DNA from: Candidatus Avedoeria danica
GTDB lineage: Bacteria > Chloroflexota > Anaerolineae > Epilineales > Epilineaceae
Direction of reading: 5' to 3'
Length of the DNA stretch: 64,000 nucleotides
Assembly: GCA_016703025.1 (NCBI GenBank)
Contig: JADJCV010000004.1
Span: forward strand, 491,164 to 555,163
The notes below the pieces were generated by a model, which did no database searches, was not told where the DNA came from, and saw nothing but the letters and a program-made list of their open reading frames with translations. Position numbers and translations under genes: made by a program. Each line of letters starts with the position of its first letter. Within the stretch, counting starts at the first letter, position 1. Below are positions 1 to 6,756 of this stretch, piece by piece.

Positions 1-763
1 ATCGCAGCAAGCACAGGCCGAGCGCGGCGAAGGCGATCGCCGCAACGCCGGCGGCCAGTCCGTCGAGGCCGTCGCTTAGGTTCACACCGTTGACCATAGC
101 GACGAGCACGATCGACGCCACCGCGAGCCACGCCAATGGTCCAAACGTCGTTCCAAGCGACGTCGGATCACGCACGATTAGCGTGAGGAGGCTCTGTGCG
201 GTTGGGTGGGGCGAAGGCCGCAATCCCGGCATAGCCGAGTTGGTTGGCATGGCTGCCGGCATCCGCGCGAGAAGTAGGGCGACGACGAGGGCTGCGGCGA
301 ATTGCAGGGCAAGAAGACGGCGGGCGGACAGTCCGATCCCCAAGGCGCGCGCCCGTCCCTTGCGTGCCAGCCCGTGCCAGTCGTCCATGAGCCCGATCGC
401 TCCGAACAGCAGCGTCGCGCCGGCCGTCGCGGCCAACGCCCACGCCATCGTGATAGCTGCCGCGCGGGCGCTCTTGGTGACCTCGTACGAATAGTCCCCG
501 AACGCGAAGAACCGACTCAGGAGCCACGTTCCGAAGGCGGCCGCGGCGCCGATGCCGAGGAGTATCCCCAGGACGAGCACAATGCCGCCCATCGTCGGCG
601 TCCCGGCCTTCGATCCGTGGCTCGGCCCATCCTCGCGAATGGCCTTTCCGAGTTGGCGCTGTGCCAACCACTTCGTGAGGGGCCTGGTTGCGATGGCGGT
701 CACAGCGAACGCACTCAGCGCGAACAGAGCCCCAATACCCACGATGAAGACGACTTCAGTCAT
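1..763 (-). CDS. mraY: Phospho-N-acetylmuramoyl-pentapeptide transferase MraY (N-terminal ~254 aa; gene continues beyond window start)
   Basis: Manual minus-strand translation from ATG at 763: MTEVVFIVGIGALFAL...GTPTMGG...LMDDW...NGVNLSDGLDGLA, matching MraY motifs (DGPxSHxxKxGTPTMGG; NAVNLTDGLDGLA). Start overlaps ftsI stop (TGATG). Not in ORF track because it has no stop inside the window. Confidence 0.8.
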   Translation of the reverse strand, partial: MTEVVFIVGIGALFALSAFAVTAIATRPLTKWLAQRQLGKAIREDGPSHGSKAGTPTMGGIVLVLGILLGIGAAAAFGTWLLSRFFAFGDYSYEVTKSARAAAITMAWALAATAGATLLFGAIGLMDDWHGLARKGRARALGIGLSARRLLALQFAAALVVALLLARMPAAMPTNSAMPGLRPSPHPTAQSLLTLIVRDPTSLGTTFGPLAWLAVASIVLVAMVNGVNLSDGLDGLAAGVAAIAFAALGLCLLR

Positions 764-2433
764 CACTCGTCGCCCCCCGTCTTGTCCCCAACCACCCCCA
801 ACGCCCCCGCCACCACCTCCGCCACCTCGGCGAAGATCGGCGCCGCCACCCGGCTGCCGCGCTCACCGACTGGCCGGTCGAGCTTCACGAGGATGACGGC
901 CCGCGGCTTGGAGACCGGAAAGAAACCACAGAAGCTGGCGATCAGGTCGTCCTCGCCGTTGCCGTCGCTGTCGAACAACTCCGATGTGCCGGTCTTGCCG
1001 CCGGACGTGTGGTGGGCCATCTCGGCGCCCGTCGCGGTCTCGGCGACGACGCTCTCGAGCATCGTGCGCATCGTGCGGGCGGTGGCGGCGGAGATCACTT
1101 GGGCCACCGGGATGGGCGCCACGTCCTGCGGCGGTGCCCCGTCCGCGCGCAGCTGGCGCACGACGCGCGGCGTCATTCGCACCCCGTCGTTTGCGATGGT
1201 TGCCATCGCCACCGCCATCTGGAGCGGCGTGACGTCCAGACCCTGGCCGAACGCGTTGTAGGCGAAGTTGCTGCCCACCCAGCCCTCGGCGCCCGGCTGG
1301 ACGATCATGCCCGGCGCTTCGCCCGCGACGTCGATGCCCGTCGGCCGGCCGAGGCCGAACGCGTCGAGCGCGCGGTAGAAGCGGGCGCTGCCGAGCGTGT
1401 CGGCCACATGGACGGCGCCGACGTTCAACGAGAGCTGCAGCATCTGCCACATCGTCGCCGCGCCGTGGGCCGTGTAGTCCTGGTTGGGAATCGTCACCCC
1501 CTGGTAGAAGACCGTGGCCGTGTCGTCGTACGTGGAGTTGGGCGACAGGATCCCGCCGTCGATCGCCGCGGCAAGGCTCAGCGGCTTCAGCACGCTGCCG
1601 GGCGGGTAGTAGGCGCCGACGGCCGGGTCGATGTAGCGGTTCACGTCGGCCGCGGCGAAGTTGTTCGGGTCGTAGGCCGGGTAGCTGACGGATGCCAGCA
1701 CGTCGCCGGTCGACGGTTCGAGGACGATGACGGTCCCGCCCGTGGCGTCCTGCGTTCCGATGTGGGCCGCCAGGATCCGCCACACCGCCAGCTGGATGTC
1801 GCGGTCGATCGTCAGCACCAGGTCCGTGCCCTCGCGCGGCGGGACGTACGCCCGCGGGTCCGTGCCGAACGGGCCGGGCGTGTGGCCCTTGACCCCGGTC
1901 AGCTGGGCGTTGTACGCCGCCTCGATCCCGTACTCGCCGTTGCCGTTCGAGTCCACGAAGCCCGTCACGTGGCCCGCCGCCTCGCCCAGCGCGTAGTGCC
2001 GGCTGGCGAGCGGCCGGATGAAGACGGCCTCTGGCGGCGCGAGGGCCTTGACGGCGTCCGCCGCCTCCCGCTGGGCGTAGCTGAACACCGTCACCCACTT
2101 TACGGCCGGCTCGTCGAGCTGCTGACGGACGAAGTCCGCCCGCGCGCCCAGATGCGGCGTCGCCGCGGCCAGGAAGCCCGCCGGGTCCGGCAGCTTGGCC
2201 TTCTCGAGGATCACCTCGTAGCGGTCGTAGCTCTCGGTGGCCACCAAGCGCCCCCGCCGGTCCCATATCGCGCCGCGCTGCGGCAGCACTTCCGTCGAGG
2301 GCTCCCAGGCAGCGCCCGCCGCCGACGCCGGCCGGGCGCTCAGCCAGACCACGCGGCCGGCGACGAGCGCCATCGCGCCGAAGAGCGCGAGCCCGAGCCA
2401 CGGCAGCCGCGGGTAGTCCACGCGGCCCCTCAC
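763..2433 (-). CDS. ftsI: Peptidoglycan D,D-transpeptidase FtsI / class B penicillin-binding protein
   Basis: 556-aa ORF with PBP dimerisation + transpeptidase features (SxxK-like 'GSVLKP', 'KTG' 'GGKTGTSE' motif); sits in dcw cluster between ftsL-like and mraY. GTG start overlaps ftsL-like stop (GTGA). Confidence 0.85.
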   Translation of the reverse strand: MRGRVDYPRLPWLGLALFGAMALVAGRVVWLSARPASAAGAAWEPSTEVLPQRGAIWDRRGRLVATESYDRYEVILEKAKLPDPAGFLAAATPHLGARADFVRQQLDEPAVKWVTVFSYAQREAADAVKALAPPEAVFIRPLASRHYALGEAAGHVTGFVDSNGNGEYGIEAAYNAQLTGVKGHTPGPFGTDPRAYVPPREGTDLVLTIDRDIQLAVWRILAAHIGTQDATGGTVIVLEPSTGDVLASVSYPAYDPNNFAAADVNRYIDPAVGAYYPPGSVLKPLSLAAAIDGGILSPNSTYDDTATVFYQGVTIPNQDYTAHGAATMWQMLQLSLNVGAVHVADTLGSARFYRALDAFGLGRPTGIDVAGEAPGMIVQPGAEGWVGSNFAYNAFGQGLDVTPLQMAVAMATIANDGVRMTPRVVRQLRADGAPPQDVAPIPVAQVISAATARTMRTMLESVVAETATGAEMAHHTSGGKTGTSELFDSDGNGEDDLIASFCGFFPVSKPRAVILVKLDRPVGERGSRVAAPIFAEVAEVVAGALGVVGDKTGGDE

Positions 2434-2906
2434 GGGCTCGGCTCCAGCGCCTGCCAGAACGAGAGCGGGATCGCTGAGAGCGAGGGCTCGTCCGCGGCGG
2501 CGGGCGGCACTTCGGCCGGCGGGACGATGAGTTCGAGCGGGCTGCGGCGTCCGGGCTCGGCCAGCGCCGCCGACCCGGCCGGCGCCGCGGCCGCCGTGAC
2601 GACGACGACCTCGACCGCGGCCTCCTCGACCGGCACGAAGCCGAGGCCGCGCGCCCGGTCCGCCAGGCCGCCGGGGTCCGTCGCCTGCGCCAGGGCGACA
2701 CGGGCCGCAGCGCGCTGCATGAGCAGCGCTTCACGGCGCTCGAGGAGGTGGGCGATCGCCCGCCCGGTGTCCGCCACGGAGTTCGCCTGGCGGACCCAGA
2801 GCAGGCCCGCCATCGTGAAGCCGAGGACCGCGACGAGGACCGTCGGGGCGAGGGCGGCGACGGGCGGGCGCCGGTCGAGGTAGGGGGACGCGTCCGGGCG
2901 CGGCAT
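2430..2906 (-). CDS. ftsL: Cell division protein FtsL-like (single TM + coiled coil)
   Basis: C-terminal 158 aa of the long ORF 2430..3662(-), beginning MPRPDASPYLDRRPPVAALAPTVLVAVLGFTMAGLLWV (TM helix) then RAIAHLLERREALLMQRAAAR (coiled coil). Located between rsmH and ftsI as in dcw clusters. ATG at 2904-2906. The rest of that long ORF overlaps rsmH and is an artefact. Confidence 0.5.
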   Translation of the reverse strand: MPRPDASPYLDRRPPVAALAPTVLVAVLGFTMAGLLWVRQANSVADTGRAIAHLLERREALLMQRAAARVALAQATDPGGLADRARGLGFVPVEEAAVEVVVVTAAAAPAGSAALAEPGRRSPLELIVPPAEVPPAAADEPSLSAIPLSFWQALEPSP

Positions 2907-3001
2907 CGCAGCCGTACGGCGGTGCACGGCCTCGCGCGGACCGCCGCCGTGCGACGGCAGCTGGCCCGGATCGACGCCGCGCGCGCCGACGCGCCGCGCG
3001 A

Positions 3002-3943
3002 TCACGCCGCCACCTCGGCCAGGCGCTCGGCGACGCGGAGCTTGGCGCTGCGGGCGCGCGGGTTCGCGCGGCACTCGTCCTCGGTGGGCGTCACGGGGTG
3101 GCGCGTCACGAGGCGGACCGTTGGGCGGCCGCCGCATACGCACAGCGGCATCTCGGGCGGGCACGTGCAGCCGGTGGCGGCGGCCTTGAAGGCGCGCTTG
3201 ATGATCCGGTCCTCGAGCGAGTGGAAGCTGATCACCGCCAGACGCCCGCCGGTCGCGAGCCGCCCGAAGGCCTGCGGCACGGCGCGCTCCACCGCAGACA
3301 GCTCGTCGTTCACCGCGATCCGGAGTGCCTGGAACGTGCGCGTGGCCGGATGGACCGGTCGCCGACCCCGCTCGGGGCGGACGACCCGCGCCACGACGTC
3401 GGCCAGCGCGCGCGTCGAGCGGAGGGGGCGGGCGGCCACGATCGCGCGGGCGATCCGTCGGCTCGCTCGTTCCTCGCCGTAGCGCCAGATGACGTCGGCC
3501 AGGTCGGCCTCGGCGGCGTCGTTCACCCAGTCGGCGGCGGTCATGTCGGCGTCGGGGCCGAGCCGCATGTCGAGCGGGCCGTCGGATTGAAACGACAGGC
3601 CGCGTGCCGGATCGTCGAGTTGGTCGGACGAGATGCCGAGATCGAACAGGATGCCGTTGCACGGCGGCCAGGCGTTCGCGTCGGCGACGGCGTCGAGGTC
3701 GGCGATGTTTCCTTCGGCCAAAACGAGTCGGTCGCCGTACGCGGCCAGCCGTTCGGCGGCCCGCGCGAGCGCCAGCGGGTCGCGGTCGATGCCGAGCAGC
3801 CGGCCGTCGGGCGCGGTGCGCATCAGCAGCGCCTCGGCGTGGCCGCCGCCGCCCAGCGTGCCGTCCAACCAGTGGCCGCCGGGCGCCGGAGCCAACAGCT
3901 CGAGGATCTCGGCGAGGAGGACCGGGGCGTGGCGCGTCGTCAT
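3002..3943 (-). CDS. rsmH: 16S rRNA (cytosine1402-N4)-methyltransferase RsmH (MraW)
   Basis: 313-aa product starting MTTRHAPVLLAEILELL...DGTLGGGGH...FHSLEDRIIK, canonical RsmH motifs. ATG at 3943 overlaps mraZ stop (ATGA). The upstream part of ORF 3002..4693 is read-through artefact. Confidence 0.9.
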   Translation of the reverse strand: MTTRHAPVLLAEILELLAPAPGGHWLDGTLGGGGHAEALLMRTAPDGRLLGIDRDPLALARAAERLAAYGDRLVLAEGNIADLDAVADANAWPPCNGILFDLGISSDQLDDPARGLSFQSDGPLDMRLGPDADMTAADWVNDAAEADLADVIWRYGEERASRRIARAIVAARPLRSTRALADVVARVVRPERGRRPVHPATRTFQALRIAVNDELSAVERAVPQAFGRLATGGRLAVISFHSLEDRIIKRAFKAAATGCTCPPEMPLCVCGGRPTVRLVTRHPVTPTEDECRANPRARSAKLRVAERLAEVAA

Positions 3944-4440
3944 CGCGTCGGCTCTGCGTCGCCGCGCATCGCCGCCAGATCGGCGGCGGCCATGATCTCC
4001 GCCACCTGGCCGATCACGTCGACGGCCTGCTTCTGCCAGAGCTCGGCGCTCCAGAGTTCGAGCCGGTGGCCCATGCCGAGCGCGGCGACGGCGGAGTTGG
4101 GCTTGAGGCCGCAGTGGTCGCGCAGCGGCGCCGGGATCATCGCCCGCCCCTGGCGATCCGGTGTCTCGGCGAAGCCCGTGCGCAGGAATCGGACCGCGTC
4201 CACCGCGCCGGCGCCGGCGGTGAGGTGCGCCAGGAGCGCCGCCCGTTGCGCCGGCCACTCGTCCAAAGGGAACAGCCAGAGGCACTTGCCCGACAGGCCG
4301 CGGATCATGTGCAGACCGGCCTCGAACGGCTCGCGGAAGGGCTTCGGGATGATCACCCGGCCCTTGTCGTCGATGCTGCACCGTAGCTCGCCGTCCAGAT
4401 CCCAGGCAGACACGGGGTTTCCTTCCCACTCGGCTCGCAA
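3940..4440 (-). CDS. mraZ: Transcriptional regulator MraZ
   Basis: 166-aa ORF with two DxxGR-type repeats (DDKGRVIIPKPFRE ... DRQGRAMIPAPLRD), first gene of dcw cluster. Confidence 0.85.
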   Translation of the reverse strand: MRAEWEGNPVSAWDLDGELRCSIDDKGRVIIPKPFREPFEAGLHMIRGLSGKCLWLFPLDEWPAQRAALLAHLTAGAGAVDAVRFLRTGFAETPDRQGRAMIPAPLRDHCGLKPNSAVAALGMGHRLELWSAELWQKQAVDVIGQVAEIMAAADLAAMRGDAEPTR

Positions 4441-4645
4441 TCATCGAGGTAAACGAGATGCGTTTCATCCACAATTCACCACGATTCTCCACACCGGTGG
4501 ATCTTACCATAACGCATGGCCGGTCCACAACCCACCTTGACCAACTTTTAAGGTTTAGTTGTCCACAGGCCCGGCGAAGGATGTCGGCCACCGTGCGCCT
4601 CTGTCGAGGCTGGCGCCGACGTGTCGCCCAAGTGTCGCGAGGGCG

Positions 4646-4673
4646 TTGACAGCATGGAGCGGATGCGTATACT
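4646..4673 (+). promoter_or_regulatory. Sigma70-like promoter for ssb (TTGACA-16 nt-TATACT)
   Basis: TTGACA at 4646-4651, TATACT at 4668-4673, in a lower-GC divergent intergenic region ~90 nt upstream of the ssb ATG. Confidence 0.5.
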
Positions 4674-4760
4674 TGCGATGGACTAGAATGCATGTTCTAT
4701 GCCTCTCTGGTCATGTGATCGAACCGTCACCCACGAACCCTGAACGATCTGGAGGAAGTC

Positions 4761-5171
4761 ATGTACCAACGCACTGTCGTCGTGGGCAATCTCGGCCGGG
4801 ATCCCGAGATGCGCTACACCGCCAACGGCACCCCTGTCTGCAACTTCACCGTGGCCACCAACCGGAAGTGGACGGACCAGGACGGCTCATCCCAGGAAGA
4901 GACCACCTGGTTCCGCGTCAGCGTCTTCGGCCGCCAGGCCGAAATCTGCAACCAGTACCTGGCCAAGGGCCGGCTGGTCCTGTGCGAGGGCGAGATCCGC
5001 ACGAGCACCTACACGGACCAGAACGGCGCCGAGCGCAACGGCTGGGAGCTCCGGGCGAACATCGTCAAGTTCCTCGGCGGCACCGGTGACCGCGGACCGG
5101 CCGGTGCGTTCGACGACGCCGGCGCCGGCCACGGCGAGAGCCACATGGCCGAGGACGACATCCCGTTCTAA
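4761..5171 (+). CDS. ssb: Single-stranded DNA-binding protein SSB
   Basis: 136-aa OB-fold protein (MYQRTVVVGNLGRDPEMRYTANG...WFRVSVFGRQAE) ending in the canonical acidic tail ...DDIPF. Confidence 0.95.
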   Translation: MYQRTVVVGNLGRDPEMRYTANGTPVCNFTVATNRKWTDQDGSSQEETTWFRVSVFGRQAEICNQYLAKGRLVLCEGEIRTSTYTDQNGAERNGWELRANIVKFLGGTGDRGPAGAFDDAGAGHGESHMAEDDIPF

Positions 5172-5188
5172 GCGTGCCGAGGATGAAG

Positions 5189-5222
5189 CACCCGGCCGCA
5201 CCGCGTGCGGCGCGGCCGGGTG
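5189..5222 (+). terminator. GC-rich hairpin (11-bp stem CACCCGGCCGC/GCGGCCGGGTG) 18 nt downstream of ssb stop; terminator-like without U-tract
   Basis: Perfect inverted repeat read directly from sequence. Confidence 0.35.
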
Positions 5223-5537
5223 CGACGCCGTCAGCCGGGCGCGGACATGCAATGGCCGTGCCACGCGGGGCACGGCCTTCGCTGTTCGCCGAAGCGCGGG
5301 TGGATGGTCGAAGTTGACAGAGGTGGGAGGGCAGAGCCCGGTTCGCCGGGCGGGCGGGCCAACGGCTTCCCGGCACGCGAAGGTGCGGCGGCGCACGGGA
5401 ATATCCGCACGGGGCTACGGGTTCGTACGCACGGCGTGGGTGACAGGGCGGACCGTCGCGACGTGGTGGGCGTCAGGGCGCAGCGCGGCGTGACCACGCG
5501 CCGGCCAACCATGACACCTTGGCCATCGTCACATCGT

Positions 5538-5620
5538 GCGGTAGGGACACGGCGTGCCGTGCCCACCCGTCGGTTATCGCGATGCGGATGCAAAGGGCAC
5601 GGCGTGCCGTGCCCCTACCG
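5538..5620. repeat. Pair of near-identical hairpins (GGGCACGGC-GT-GCCGTGCCC) forming a long inverted repeat, immediately 3' of the NHL gene (likely its terminator)
   Basis: Copies at ~5544-5564 and 5595-5614, with flanks CGGTAGGG / CCCTACCG complementary. A related palindrome GGCCGTGCC-ACGCGG-GGCACGGCC lies at 5254-5277. Confidence 0.5.
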
Positions 5621-5622
5621 CG

Positions 5623-6693
5623 CTACGGGGTTTGGAAGACCTGGATCCGGCCGTTCTGCTGATCGACGACGTAGAGCTGGCCGGCGCTGAAGGCCAGTCC
5701 GGTCGGCGTGTTGAACTGCGTCGGTCCGGCGCCAAGCTTGCCGAGGTCGCTCACCCAACCGTTCGCGTCGAAGACTTGGATGTAGTGCGAGGCCGCTTCG
5801 CTGGCGTACAGTCGGCCCACATCGTCCAGCGCCAGACCGGCGATGCGGAAGAGCGTCTCGTCCTTGTAGCCATGGGCAAAGCTCTTCTCGTACGCGCCGT
5901 CCGCACCGAACACCTGGATGGCGTAGCTGTCGCCGACGCCGACGTACACCCGCCCGTCCGGACCGACGGCCAGCGCGCGCGGCTGCGAGAACTGGCCGCG
6001 GCCGCCGCCCTTCTCGCCGATCGTCCGAAGGTGGCGCCCGCCGGCATCGAAGACCTCGATGCGGCCGTTCACGGCGTCGGCCACATACAGGTTCCCGTCG
6101 CCGTCGAGCGCCAGTGCCGCCGGCTGCGTGAGCTGGCCGGGAGACGTACCGGCCTCGCCGACGGTGCCGATCGCGGCGCCCGCCGCATCGAAGACACGCA
6201 CCGGCGGCGTCCGTTCGGCCACGTACAGCCGTGCGCCGTCGGGCGCGACGGCCACGCCCTCCACCGAGACGAGCTCGCCGGCGGCCACGCGCCGCACGAA
6301 GGCGCCGCTGCCATCGAACACCTGCACCCCGACGGAGTCGGCGATGTACACGTTGCCCGTGGCGTCGACGGCGATGCCGGTCGGCAATTGGAGCTGGCCG
6401 TCGCCGTTGCCGAAGCCGCCGAAGCTGCGCACGTACGTCGGTACCTTGCCCGTCGCGCGCTGCGTGCCGAGGGCGTCCGGCGGGGAGAGCGTCGGTCCGG
6501 AGCTGCTCTCGATTGTGACGGCCGCCGTTGCGCCGGGCGGTGCGGTCGAGCCGTCCGGCGCGACGGCAGGCGGCGTGCCGACCGGCGTGTCGTTGGGCGT
6601 GCAGCCGGCCATCACTCCGAGGGACAGCAGCGCGGCGGCGGCCAAACTGCGCGCCGTGCGGCGCGTGCAGCGCAGGATCGTGGTTGCGGGCAT
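5623..6693 (-). CDS. NHL-repeat beta-propeller lipoprotein
   Basis: Signal peptide with lipobox (LSLGVMAGC); six repeats of the type (N/R)LYVAD...G(R)I(E/Q)VFD typical of NHL repeats. Confidence 0.7.
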   Translation of the reverse strand: MPATTILRCTRRTARSLAAAALLSLGVMAGCTPNDTPVGTPPAVAPDGSTAPPGATAAVTIESSSGPTLSPPDALGTQRATGKVPTYVRSFGGFGNGDGQLQLPTGIAVDATGNVYIADSVGVQVFDGSGAFVRRVAAGELVSVEGVAVAPDGARLYVAERTPPVRVFDAAGAAIGTVGEAGTSPGQLTQPAALALDGDGNLYVADAVNGRIEVFDAGGRHLRTIGEKGGGRGQFSQPRALAVGPDGRVYVGVGDSYAIQVFGADGAYEKSFAHGYKDETLFRIAGLALDDVGRLYASEAASHYIQVFDANGWVSDLGKLGAGPTQFNTPTGLAFSAGQLYVVDQQNGRIQVFQTP

Positions 6694-6756
6694 CAGGTAA
6701 GTCCCCTATCGGTTCGTCGGTGGGGGGCGGACGGGCGATTATAGGCCGCGCCCGTC

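Noticed and set aside
863-3662. Long minus-strand ORFs 863..2734 (623 aa) and 2430..3662 (410 aa) and similar (e.g. 14766..17477, 23234..25906, 50031..52802)
   Set aside because: Arg/Pro/Gly-rich low-complexity translations that overlap well-supported genes (ftsI, rsmH, sdhA, tsaD etc.) in other frames; typical stop-codon-poor artefacts of ~70% GC DNA.
5086-5690. Plus-strand ORFs 5086..5493 and 5205..5690 and minus ORF 5231..5593 in the ssb-NHL gap
   Set aside because: Overlap the ssb 3' end or the palindrome cluster, Arg-rich, no RBS; region better explained as structured non-coding DNA.
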